A stretch of DNA of 64,000 nucleotides from Deltaproteobacteria bacterium. Lineage in GTDB: Bacteria; Myxococcota_A; Polyangia; Fen-1088. The position numbers and the translations under genes are program-made. Below the pieces are notes generated by a model. That model had not been told where the DNA came from, made no database searches, and saw only the letters and a program-made list of their open reading frames with translations. This document shows positions 19,149 to 27,910 of this stretch, piece by piece. The first letter of the stretch is position 1. Each line of letters opens with the position of its first letter. The stretch covers positions 1 to 64,000 of the forward strand of contig JANRKS010000017.1 of NCBI GenBank assembly GCA_033763315.1. The letters are read 5' to 3'.

Positions 19149-19197
19149 TTCACATCGTCACCCCTGCAGCAAATGTCGCAGGGGCGTCGATGTTGAA
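19149..19197. terminator. Long hairpin between convergent genes (putative bidirectional terminator)
   Basis: ttcacatcg-tca-cccctgc / gcagggg-cgt-cgatgttgaa inverted repeat between actP and the cytochrome c gene. Confidence 0.55.
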
Positions 19198-19231
19198 GGT
19201 TCGCCGGGCCCCTTGGCCGCCAGCGGCCTGA

Positions 19232-21253
19232 CTACAGCGTTTCCAGGTACGTAACCAAATCAGCCAACTGCGCTGGGGAAAGCTGATCGACTTTGCCATG
19301 GCTTGTGCCACCGCAGGTTTTGTCGAAGCGTGCCGACAATGTGCTGGCACAACCGTCGTGCATGAAGGGCGCACGGAACGCCACGCCCCTCAACGACGGC
19401 ACTTGGAAGGCCTTTTTTGTGCCGACGTTCATGCTCTTGTTGTTGGTCAGTTGAGGTCCGCTGTGGCACGTCGCGCACGCCACTTCGTCGTCATTGAACA
19501 GCGCCTTTCCTCGCGCGACCGCAGCAAGGTCGGACGACGGACTCGGCTTCAGGTTGGCGATGCTGTTGACGAAATTGACGACTGATAGCTTTTGGTCAGA
19601 CGACAAAGCAGGGCCTCCCATGCGGCTCGAGAACACATCCGTCATGATCTGGCTGATGTCTTTCATGTCGCCATCCCAGTGAAATGGGCCGGTATCGCCC
19701 CAACCACCGCGCAAGCTTTGGGTGCGGCGTGCGCCAAGTGTGTCGAATATCCACGCGCGCCCGTCTTCACCACCTTCGGGATGGCATGAGGCGCAAGCCA
19801 GTGCTGAAACACCAACGGGCATATGAAAGAATGAATGTCCGGTGTCCGCCACCGAGGTTGTGTCGAGCGCGATCTTCACCGGTTCGGTGCCGCTGAGGAT
19901 CTCCAGCGCGGCAGGTTCGCGCGTTTGTGCAATGAGCCGGCCGTTGCCATCGAAGGCCAGCGCTGTGGTTTGGCCGCTTGGTTGGCGGTAGGAAATGATG
20001 TCCGGTGGAACATCGTCGGGAGGCGTTGACCCGCCGCTGCCGCCGCCGCCCTGCGAGTCGGCGCCGATGACCGGATCCATGGTTCCGTCACTCGCTGGAG
20101 GAAACATGCAGTCGCCCGTGGTGTCAACAGCGCTGCGTGCGATCACGGTGACACGTCGTGTGCGAAAGGGACTCTGCTTTGCGTTTGGATCAACGTCTGA
20201 CGCGGCGGAGGCAATCGCGATTGTTTTGCCGCTCGCGCTGACCGCGACGTCAACTGGCAGCGGCAGATTCTGAAAGTGCCCGGAGGACCTGAGGGTCACT
20301 TGGCTGTCGATTGTGGTCACCGCAGCACCCACGGTACTGCCCTTGCACAGATTGCTGGTGTAACCGCCTTCGCGCGTGGATAGCGGTGAATTGGAAGCCT
20401 CTTGGTGCAGCATGACGGCCCCGCCGCCACGCACCGGAACCATGCGGTAAGCGACGCCGGCGGCGCCCGTGTTGGCCTCGTAAAGGCCCTCGAAGGTCTT
20501 GAACGACTGCTTTGTCTTCGCCATCGGTGACAGTGGCGCATCAACGCGGCTCTTCACCGATTTCGAGATGGGATCAAAGGTCAAGAGCGAAGCCGTTTTG
20601 AAGCGGCTGATCAAGTAGCGATCGCCCATCACCACAACGTCTCGCAGATCTTTGTCGAGCATCACGTGGCTGCTGGTGCCGCCGCTGGGCGCCATTTGCG
20701 CCAGTTCGCCGCCCAAGCAGGCCACAACGAGTTGATCGCGCGCCTTGTCGTATGCGATGCCGCGAGGCGCCCCGCACACAGTTCGGCGTTGTGAAAGCGT
20801 GTGGCTCGAAGAGGAAAGCGTCGCAATCGCGCCCGCGCCACGCAACACCACATGCACGCGTCCTGCGGCGTCTTCCACAACGCGGCCTGGCTCGTCGCCA
20901 ACGGACAGGGAGATAGTGTTCATCACTTTCTTCTGTGTAAGGTCAACCACGTAGACCTTGTCGCGATCGGGATCCGAAGCCACGGCCGTTCGGCCGTCCG
21001 CAAGCACCGTCAAAGTGCCGCCGCTGATGGGCGTGGCCGCGTTGGTTTTGACGGGCGGGGCAGGGGTTGGGGCGGGGGCGTTGGGCGTGACGTCGTCGCT
21101 TGGGGGATCGTCCGGGCCGGGTGTGAAGGGCTCATCGTCACGTGAGCCGTTCGAGTCGTCACGCACCTCGTATGACCCGTGACCAGAGCACGCTGCCACC
21201 GCTGGCAAGAGCATCAAGGCCAAACAAACTTGGGATTTGTATCGTAATCGCAT
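19232..21253 (-). CDS. Lipoprotein: YncE/YVTN-like beta-propeller fused to a di-heme cytochrome c peroxidase/MauG-like domain
   Basis: VAAC lipobox; propeller repeats (ASDPDRDKVYVVDL, GDEPGRV, CGAPRGIAYD); CASCH and CATCH; RRTQSLRG..PFHWDG; VPSLRGVAFRAPFMHDG. Confidence 0.8.
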   Translation of the reverse strand: MRLRYKSQVCLALMLLPAVAACSGHGSYEVRDDSNGSRDDEPFTPGPDDPPSDDVTPNAPAPTPAPPVKTNAATPISGGTLTVLADGRTAVASDPDRDKVYVVDLTQKKVMNTISLSVGDEPGRVVEDAAGRVHVVLRGAGAIATLSSSSHTLSQRRTVCGAPRGIAYDKARDQLVVACLGGELAQMAPSGGTSSHVMLDKDLRDVVVMGDRYLISRFKTASLLTFDPISKSVKSRVDAPLSPMAKTKQSFKTFEGLYEANTGAAGVAYRMVPVRGGGAVMLHQEASNSPLSTREGGYTSNLCKGSTVGAAVTTIDSQVTLRSSGHFQNLPLPVDVAVSASGKTIAIASAASDVDPNAKQSPFRTRRVTVIARSAVDTTGDCMFPPASDGTMDPVIGADSQGGGGSGGSTPPDDVPPDIISYRQPSGQTTALAFDGNGRLIAQTREPAALEILSGTEPVKIALDTTSVADTGHSFFHMPVGVSALACASCHPEGGEDGRAWIFDTLGARRTQSLRGGWGDTGPFHWDGDMKDISQIMTDVFSSRMGGPALSSDQKLSVVNFVNSIANLKPSPSSDLAAVARGKALFNDDEVACATCHSGPQLTNNKSMNVGTKKAFQVPSLRGVAFRAPFMHDGCASTLSARFDKTCGGTSHGKVDQLSPAQLADLVTYLETL

Positions 21254-21482
21254 CGGGATCGCCTTTCGCCAAAACGTCGCAAGATCGCATAGTGACGCTG
21301 AACCCAGACCCCCGACCAGAGTCAGCATGACTACTCTAAGGCATTACTGATTTTGTTTCCAGGCGAAGTTGGTCACGTGGAGACGCCGGGCATGGGACGC
21401 GCTGGCGTGAAAAGACAAAGGCGAACGGCGGAGTCCCTATCTGCCTATCTCCAGGTAAGCCGTAACGATGTAAAACCCCATC

Positions 21483-22115
21483 ATGGAACAAACGCTTGCG
21501 AACCTTCATTTGATCGTGACTGGGGCAGGTGGCGGGCTGGGGCCGGCGGTGGTGGATGCGTTGCGCGCGATGGGAGCCACGTGTCACACGCCCACACGTG
21601 CAGAGCTTGACCTCACGAACGAAGAGGCCGTGGCAACGTTCTATGCCAGCGTGCCCGCGCTGTGGGCTTCTGTACACGTGGCTGGTGGCTTCAGCATGGC
21701 GGGCATCGAAGACACTTCGCTTGCGGCCTTTACTGAACAATGGACCACGAACACAGTCACAGCGTTCCTGGCCTCGCGCGAAGCTGTTCGAAACATCAAG
21801 CGTACGGGCCAAGGAGGCCGCATCGTAAACGTCGCTTCGCGTGTGGTGCTTGACCCACCCGGTGGCAAGACCGCGTACGTGACGTCAAAGGCGGCCGTGG
21901 GTGCGTTCACGCGCGCGATGGCCAACGAGGTTCGTGGGACGGGCATTCTCATCAACGCCGTGCTGCCCGACACCATCGACACGCCCCGCAACCGCGCGGC
22001 CATGCCGCATGCCGATACGTCGCTTTGGACGCCTCCCGAAAGCATTGCCCGCACGGTCGCGTGGCTTGCCTCGCCCGAGAACCGAAGCGTCAGCGGCGCG
22101 CTGGTGCCGGTGTAA
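21483..22115 (+). CDS. Short-chain dehydrogenase/reductase
   Basis: TGAGGGLG Rossmann motif, IVNVAS, YVTSK catalytic motif, NAVLPDTIDTP. Confidence 0.9.
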   Translation: MEQTLANLHLIVTGAGGGLGPAVVDALRAMGATCHTPTRAELDLTNEEAVATFYASVPALWASVHVAGGFSMAGIEDTSLAAFTEQWTTNTVTAFLASREAVRNIKRTGQGGRIVNVASRVVLDPPGGKTAYVTSKAAVGAFTRAMANEVRGTGILINAVLPDTIDTPRNRAAMPHADTSLWTPPESIARTVAWLASPENRSVSGALVPV

Positions 22116-22153
22116 GGGACACAATTTGCATCCTCACCCGGCTCCGCCTCGCG

Positions 22154-22185
22154 ACCCGCCGCCTTGCAGAGAAGGCGGTTAGGGT
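22154..22185. terminator. Hairpin between the SDR gene and the tRNA 3' end
   Basis: ccgcctt-gcagag-aaggcgg stem (22159-22178) flanked by accc/gggt. Confidence 0.5.
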
Positions 22186-22193
22186 AAAGGTCG

Positions 22194-22266
22194 TGGAGCT
22201 AAGCGGGATCGAACCGCTGACCCCCTCAATGCCATTGAGGTGCTCTCCCAGCTGAGCTATAGCCCC
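22194..22266 (-). tRNA. tRNA-Ala(GGC), CCA not encoded
   Basis: Reverse complement GGGGCTATAGCTCAGCTGGGAGAGCACCTCAATGGCATTGAGGGGGTCAGCGGTTCGATCCCGCTTAGCTCCA: cloverleaf, G3:U70 pair, anticodon GGC; followed by CGA rather than CCA. Confidence 0.97.
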
Positions 22267-22300
22267 GAAAAATGGGTGTGCCACCGAAGCGACGGGCGCA

Positions 22301-22329
22301 TGTCTACCAGCGGCCTTCCCGGCGGTCAA
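22301..22329 (-). promoter_or_regulatory. Sigma70-type promoter of tRNA-Ala
   Basis: TTGACC-N17-TAGACA on the minus strand, 34 nt upstream of the tRNA. Confidence 0.7.
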
Positions 22330-22461
22330 CGGGCAAGATGGGGAAATGTTTCGCAAACGCATCAAGCGTGTGCGTTGGCTGCAACCACTTGGCTTTGTTG
22401 ATGGATTTGCCGGCGGTTTGTGCGGCCGCAGAGCCCCAGCCTTTGGTAATCTGCGCGACCC

Positions 22462-23214
22462 GTGGATCCGAAACACCTGCGCGACTTACTTGAACGAGTG
22501 GGAGCGGGCCAAACGCCCGTCGACGCCGCTTTATCTGAATTGCGCGATCTGCCGTTCCGCGAATTGGGTTTCGCGCACGCAGACACGCACCGGCACCTGC
22601 GTACGGGCTTTCCGGAAGTCATTTACGGCCCCGGCAAAACGCCGTCGCAAATCGGCACGTTGCTAAAGGAGCTCGGATCGCGCGGCGTCACCGTGATGGC
22701 CTCGCGAATCACGCCCGATGTGGCCGTGGCCGTGCAGGCCTTGGTTCCCGAGGCGCGGTATTTGGCGGTGCCGCGTTTGCTCGTGTTCGGCGACGATCCC
22801 CCACGCGACAAAGGCCGAGGCAAAGTTGCCGTTCTGACCGCCGGCACATCCGACATTCCTGTGGCCGAAGAGGCCGCCGTCACGTGCGAGCTTGATGGCA
22901 ACGAAGTGCTGCGCGTGTTTGACGTAGGTGTGGCCGGCTTGCATCGCCTGCTCGCTCACCGCGCCGACGTTGAAGCCTGCGAAGTCGTGGTGGTCGCCGC
23001 TGGCATGGACGGTGTTTTGCCCACCGTCACCGCAGGGCTGTTCAACCGCCCCGTGATCGCTGTGCCCACAAGCGTGGGTTACGGCGCGAGCTTCTCTGGC
23101 GTGGCCGCGCTGCTCACGATGCTCAACGCCTGCGCCACGGGCGTCGCCGTTGTGAACATTGACAATGGCTTTGGCGCCGGCCGCATGGCCTCGCTGCTCA
23201 ACAGGAAGCGCTAA
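22462..23214 (+). CDS. larB: Nickel-pincer nucleotide cofactor biosynthesis protein LarB
   Basis: DTHRHLRTGFPEVIYGPGK, AGTSDIPVAEEA, DVGVAGLHRL, AGMDGVLP, PTSVGYG, VVNIDNGFGA. Confidence 0.95.
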   Translation: MDPKHLRDLLERVGAGQTPVDAALSELRDLPFRELGFAHADTHRHLRTGFPEVIYGPGKTPSQIGTLLKELGSRGVTVMASRITPDVAVAVQALVPEARYLAVPRLLVFGDDPPRDKGRGKVAVLTAGTSDIPVAEEAAVTCELDGNEVLRVFDVGVAGLHRLLAHRADVEACEVVVVAAGMDGVLPTVTAGLFNRPVIAVPTSVGYGASFSGVAALLTMLNACATGVAVVNIDNGFGAGRMASLLNRKR

Positions 23215-23219
23215 CAGGC

Positions 23220-24482
23220 ATGGCTGATTCGCCCGACCTTCGTCATTTGCATCTGCACTTCGATCCGCACGCGGGCATCGCGGGCGATATGGCCGTGGCG
23301 GCCCTTGTTGACTTGGGTGTGCCGATCGAGGTGGTCACGCAGGCCATTGCGTGTCTAGGCCTCAAGGGGTTGTCCGTCAGTTTTGAAACGCGACGGCGTG
23401 GCGCCTTCATGGCGACGGGCTTTGTTGTCAGTTGGCCCGAATTGCTGCCTCCCGTGGGATCGCTTATGCATCCCGATCCGCATGCTCACGAACACCGCGC
23501 CTACGCTGAAATTCGCACCTTGATCGATAAGGCGCCGCTGAACGAGGCCACGCGGGCGTTGGCACAAAAGATCTTCGTGCACATCGCCACCGTCGAGGCC
23601 GCGCGCCATGGCGTGCCCGTGGAAAAGGTGGGCTTTCATGAAGTGGGCGCCTGGGATTCCATTGCGGATATTGTTGGCTTTGCAGCGGCCTTCGCCTATC
23701 TGCAACCGCGCTCTGTGTCGTCCACGCCTGTTGTGATTGGCACGGGCCAAGTGAAGACGGCGCATGGGCTGCTGCCCGTGCCTGCACCTGCCACGGCGGC
23801 CTTACTGCAAGGTATTCCCGTGGTGAGCGAAGGCAAAGGCGAACTCACCACGCCTACGGGCGCCGCAATCTTGGCCGCCATCGTTCAAACGTTTGGAGCG
23901 CCACCGCCGCTCACCCTTGTGGCCAGTGGTTACGGTGCCGGCACCAAGGAGTTTGCGGATCGTCCGAATGTGCTGCGCGTGTTGGCGGGCCAACCATTGG
24001 GCGCGCACAGCGCCGGCCCGGACGATGCGGTGCTGATGCTTGAAGCCAACATCGACGACATGTCGGGCCAGCTGGTGGCTCCGTTGGTGGACGCTCTGTT
24101 TGCGGCCGGGGCCCTCGACGCATGGAGCACGCCAATTTTCATGAAGAAGGGCCGCCCCGCCGTGCAGGTGTCTGCACTCGCCCCGCCTGCCGCACGCGCT
24201 GCGGTTGAACAGGCTTTCTTCACCAATTCGCCAACCCTCGGCGTGCGCTCCACTCCGTTTGCACGTACGACGCTCGCGCGTTCCCACGCCAGCGTGTCAA
24301 CGCCTTGGGGGGATGTGCGAATCAAGCTCTCTCACCAGCGGGGGCGTTTGTTTGGCGCTGCCCCCGAGTTCGAGGATTGCAAAGCCGTGGCGCAAAAAGC
24401 AGGCGTCCCTGTGCGCGACGTTCATGCGGCAGCCACGGCGGCCGCCCACCACTATCTTGCATCACAACAGGAGCGCGCTTAG
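23220..24482 (+). CDS. larC: Nickel insertase LarC
   Basis: GIAGDM, His-rich HPDPHAHEHR, FHEVGAWDSIAD, AHGLLPVPAPAT, ELTTPTGAA, LEANIDD, MKKGRP, PEFEDC; one continuous ORF. Confidence 0.95.
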   Translation: MADSPDLRHLHLHFDPHAGIAGDMAVAALVDLGVPIEVVTQAIACLGLKGLSVSFETRRRGAFMATGFVVSWPELLPPVGSLMHPDPHAHEHRAYAEIRTLIDKAPLNEATRALAQKIFVHIATVEAARHGVPVEKVGFHEVGAWDSIADIVGFAAAFAYLQPRSVSSTPVVIGTGQVKTAHGLLPVPAPATAALLQGIPVVSEGKGELTTPTGAAILAAIVQTFGAPPPLTLVASGYGAGTKEFADRPNVLRVLAGQPLGAHSAGPDDAVLMLEANIDDMSGQLVAPLVDALFAAGALDAWSTPIFMKKGRPAVQVSALAPPAARAAVEQAFFTNSPTLGVRSTPFARTTLARSHASVSTPWGDVRIKLSHQRGRLFGAAPEFEDCKAVAQKAGVPVRDVHAAATAAAHHYLASQQERA

Positions 24483-26242
24483 TGGCACGTTCCCCAAGCG
24501 CCCCGCCACCAGCTGAGCCAATTTCGGCTGGCAGACGCGCCGCCCTTGAACGTTTTCCTTTGTTGCCCCCCGCCGAGGTGCTGAGCAACATCGTCGATTT
24601 TTCGCGCATGGTGACGGCCGATCTTGGCGACGGCGATCTCACGCGCATCCTTTTCGATGGTTTGCGCGCGCTGTTGCCGGGCCGCTTGGTGGCCGTGCGC
24701 GTGCTCGATCCAAAGACGCACGCCGCCAGTGAGGTGTTGGCCGATGCGCCCTTGGTTGACGACGCTTATCAAATGCCCGCCACCATTCAGCGGGGCGCCC
24801 TCGATCACCAAAACGTGCGCGACAATTTGCCCAAGGATGCCAGTGGCAGCGGCGAATTTGGCCTGCCGTCATACATCCGCCTCACCGATGAACACCCGCT
24901 GATCTTCGTGGGTGCGGGTGCTGGCTTCACTGTGCCTTTGCTTGCCGGTGGACACATGATGGGCGAGGTGCACATCAACTATCCTGCGCTGCCGTCGCAG
25001 GCCGAACGTTCTTGGTATCCCATCAAGCCTGACCAAGGCTTGGTGATCCCGGTGGCCAACCACATCGCCGTGGTCGCCCACACCCGCCGCTTGCTGCGCG
25101 AAACCTCTTATTTGCAAGAGTATCTAGAGCAGATCGTTGATCAAGCCAACGCGCTCATTGTTGCCACCGACATGAATGGCCGCGTGACCGTTTGGAACCG
25201 CGCTTTGCATCGCTTGACGGGTTTTTCGCGCTGGGATGCCACGGGCCAAGATTTGAGCGCGTGGTTCAAGTCGTTGGGCACACCGCAGTTGCCGCTTGTC
25301 ATGCGGCAAGCCGCCGCTTCCGGCGACACCGTGACGCGCGAGATGCGTTTGCCATCCGCCGGTGGTGCCGTTCTGCGTGCGGCCTTCAATGTTGTGACCG
25401 TGAAATCTGGCGATCTGCCTGCGGCTATCTTGGCGGTGGGTCAAGACGTCACGGCGATGCGCGCTTTGCAAGGCCAGATCATTCACGCCGAGAAACTCGC
25501 AACGTTGGGTCAGATCGCGGCTGGGGTGGCGCATGAGATCAACAACCCGCTCACGTCGATCCAAGTGTGCGCCGAGGCGGTGGCCCGCAAGGCCAAGCTC
25601 GCGCTTGAAGGCCGCGTGCCAAACGCCTTTGAGGCTTCCGACATCGAACGCCTCAAAAAGATCACCGAAGGTTCGGAGCGCATCCGTCGCTTCGCCAAGG
25701 ATCTCGTGACGTACGCGCGTCCCAGTGGCGCCGACAACCAGTCATTCAACCTTAACGACGTTGTCAAACACGCTCTGTCGTTTTGCGAGCACGTGCTTGA
25801 CGAGGCCAAAGCCCACGTTGAAACGGATCTTCACCCTGAGCTTCCGATGCTCACCGCCATCCGCGATCAGATTCTGCAGGTGGCGATAAACCTCATCACC
25901 AATGCTGCTCAGGCTTTGCCGGCCGGAGGCGGTCAGGTGCGGGTGCGTACCTGGCGCCGTGGCAACGCCGCGGTGGGTGTGGCCGTTTCCGACACAGGCC
26001 GCGGCATCAAAGACGCCGATCGCCCTCACTTGTTCGAGCCCTTCTTTACCACCAAGCCTGCCGGACGCGGCACGGGCCTTGGCCTGTCCATCGTGCGTAA
26101 CATTGTGTTCTCTCACGGTGGTCAAATCACTTTTCAAAGCCGCCAGGGTGGGGGTACAACGTTCGTTGTGACCTTGCCTTTGGCGAGGGGCGACTCGGAA
26201 GCAGACTCACTGCAAGAAGACGAGCCCAAGCCGTCCACCTAG
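24482..26242 (+). CDS. Cytoplasmic sensor histidine kinase (GAF-like, PAS, HisKA, HATPase)
   Basis: PAS (ATDMNGRVTVWNRA), EKLATLGQIAAGVAHEINNPL H-box, NLITNA, DTGRG, FEPFFTTK..GTGLGL; GTG 24482 overlaps the larC TAG. Confidence 0.9.
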   Translation: MARSPSAPPPAEPISAGRRAALERFPLLPPAEVLSNIVDFSRMVTADLGDGDLTRILFDGLRALLPGRLVAVRVLDPKTHAASEVLADAPLVDDAYQMPATIQRGALDHQNVRDNLPKDASGSGEFGLPSYIRLTDEHPLIFVGAGAGFTVPLLAGGHMMGEVHINYPALPSQAERSWYPIKPDQGLVIPVANHIAVVAHTRRLLRETSYLQEYLEQIVDQANALIVATDMNGRVTVWNRALHRLTGFSRWDATGQDLSAWFKSLGTPQLPLVMRQAAASGDTVTREMRLPSAGGAVLRAAFNVVTVKSGDLPAAILAVGQDVTAMRALQGQIIHAEKLATLGQIAAGVAHEINNPLTSIQVCAEAVARKAKLALEGRVPNAFEASDIERLKKITEGSERIRRFAKDLVTYARPSGADNQSFNLNDVVKHALSFCEHVLDEAKAHVETDLHPELPMLTAIRDQILQVAINLITNAAQALPAGGGQVRVRTWRRGNAAVGVAVSDTGRGIKDADRPHLFEPFFTTKPAGRGTGLGLSIVRNIVFSHGGQITFQSRQGGGTTFVVTLPLARGDSEADSLQEDEPKPST

Positions 26243-26272
26243 ACAAGCCACGAAGAAAACGAGACAGGCCGA

Positions 26273-26578
26273 ATGAAACCCGATCAGATAGTCCAAGCGT
26301 TGGAAAGTGCCGCCGCCCAGCTCAACATCACAGTCCGGTACGACACATTGGCGCCTGGTGGTGTGTTAAACGGCGGCGGACTGTGCCGCCTTCGCGGGCA
26401 GTGGACGGTGATTGTGGACAAGAAGGCCGCGCCCGCCGACAAAGCCTCGGTATTGATTGAGGCCTTGGCGGCCTTCGACATTGAACCGTTGGACCTGCCC
26501 AAGCCGGTGAAGCAAAACCTCATGCTGCGCCGCCAAGCCCTGCTGTCACAATCGGCCTCTGCGGTGCCGGCTGCTTAA
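26273..26578 (+). CDS. Small conserved-looking hypothetical protein
   Basis: Compact ORF filling the gap; LE..A.QL.I.VRY..GGLCRLRG..VIVD pattern that I recall from delta-proteobacterial hypotheticals. Confidence 0.65.
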   Translation: MKPDQIVQALESAAAQLNITVRYDTLAPGGVLNGGGLCRLRGQWTVIVDKKAAPADKASVLIEALAAFDIEPLDLPKPVKQNLMLRRQALLSQSASAVPAA

Positions 26579-26592
26579 GGCCGCCGGGCTGG

Positions 26593-26988
26593 CTAACCTT
26601 GTTTTCGCTGCAGGGCGCTGACCTGCGCGCCCACGAACGGATCGTTCGCGAGCGTTTGCCGCAAGGCGGATTCAACCTGGGCACGCAACGCCGGTGACGC
26701 GCTGGCGCCCACTTGGCGATCCAGCACCCTTTGCACGATTTTGTCGACCGCGGCTTCGGCCGTAATTCTGCCGGCCTGAAAATCGGCGTTGACGTCTGCC
26801 ACCAGCGTTGCCATCTCAGGGGCGCGCGTCTGCGTGTTTGGGCTCACCGGCGAGGCCTGTAAGTTGGTCTCAGCCGCTGATGCGCCCTGGGTTTCCGACG
26901 CGTTTTGCGAGGGTTCCGCTTTGGTTGCCGCATCGGCGGCCTCGGCGTCAACGGGGGGGAGTCCAGAGCCAGTTCCGTTCACCTTCAT
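26593..26988 (-). CDS. Hypothetical protein (disordered N-terminus, helical C-terminus)
   Basis: ATG-start ORF filling the intergenic space; Ala/Ser/Thr-rich N-half, amphipathic helices ending LANDPFV. Confidence 0.65.
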   Translation of the reverse strand: MKVNGTGSGLPPVDAEAADAATKAEPSQNASETQGASAAETNLQASPVSPNTQTRAPEMATLVADVNADFQAGRITAEAAVDKIVQRVLDRQVGASASPALRAQVESALRQTLANDPFVGAQVSALQRKQG

Positions 26989-27136
26989 GTGTCACCATCG
27001 AAGTTAGCAAGTTTAGGCACCCAACGGAGCCGACCTTCTATGGGTTTTCGGACAAGTGCGTTGTGAAGTTGCGTGTTTTGTTGGCGATGTTTCACATTTT
27101 CCCCGCGAACCCAAGGCGCTGGGCTATTTTCCATAG

Positions 27137-27805
27137 GTGGGTCTGTACCGCGGTCTTCTCGCGCCCTTCCGTGGGGCCGCCTTCGTCGCCAAGCACGGCC
27201 TATGGGGGTATGTGGCGGTGCCCATCGTGGTGAACGTTCTCATCGCCCTGGTTTCGGGCTTTGCGGCTTACCGTTTGGCCACCCGTTGGGCGCCGCTGCA
27301 GGGCAACGCCTGGTGGCAGGTGGGGACGGCCGTTCTGGCGGTCGTGCTCGTGGTGCCCGTGTTTCTGATCCTATATCCACTTGTTTCTTCGCCCTTCATC
27401 GACCTGCTCACCGAGAAGACGGAGTCGATCGTCACCGGCTCGCACCCCAGCGCTGGCTTGTGGATGGGTGCCGCGCAAGCTTTGCTTCATGGTGTCGCCA
27501 AATCAGGCCTCTACCTGTTCGCGCTTGGGTTCACCGCCGCCCTGTCGTTGTTCCTGGGGCCTGCCGCCGTGCTGGGGCTCGTCCTCGGCGCGTTATTCTT
27601 GGGGTACGACGGCTTCGACTACCCGTTGGCCCGGCGCAGGGTCAGTTTTCTCGGCAAGTGGCGCTACCTATTTTCGAATTTTGCCCAAACAGCTGGCTAT
27701 TGCGCTTCGGCCTCCGCGCTTTACGCGTTGCCCTTGGCTTTTATCGTGGCTCCGCCCTTCGTTTGTGTGGGAGCAACGTTGGCCTACCTCGACCAGCAAA
27801 GGTAG
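27137..27805 (+). CDS. EI24/CysZ-like membrane protein
   Basis: LWGYVAVPIVVN, SPFIDLLTEKTE, GYDGFDYPLARR motifs; several TM helices. Confidence 0.8.
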   Translation: MGLYRGLLAPFRGAAFVAKHGLWGYVAVPIVVNVLIALVSGFAAYRLATRWAPLQGNAWWQVGTAVLAVVLVVPVFLILYPLVSSPFIDLLTEKTESIVTGSHPSAGLWMGAAQALLHGVAKSGLYLFALGFTAALSLFLGPAAVLGLVLGALFLGYDGFDYPLARRRVSFLGKWRYLFSNFAQTAGYCASASALYALPLAFIVAPPFVCVGATLAYLDQQR

Positions 27806-27813
27806 CTATGCGC

Positions 27814-27842
27814 TTGACACTATTGTGCTTTCTCGTTAAGAG
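27814..27842 (+). promoter_or_regulatory. Putative sigma70 promoter of the Ser/Thr kinase
   Basis: Perfect TTGACA followed after 17 nt by TAAGAG. Confidence 0.45.
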
Positions 27843-27910
27843 GTCATGTCTATGTCCAAGGCCGGGCATCCGCCTAGACAGCTGTTTTGCGCCATCCACA
27901 GGGTACGCAT

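Noticed and set aside
22194-22266. tRNA-Ala as an island integration site
   Set aside because: No integrase nearby, and I saw no duplicated tRNA 3' end in the window.
27005-27030. Sigma54-like TTGGGTGCCTAAACTTGC on the minus strand
   Set aside because: GG-to-GC spacing is 11-12 nt rather than the required 10.
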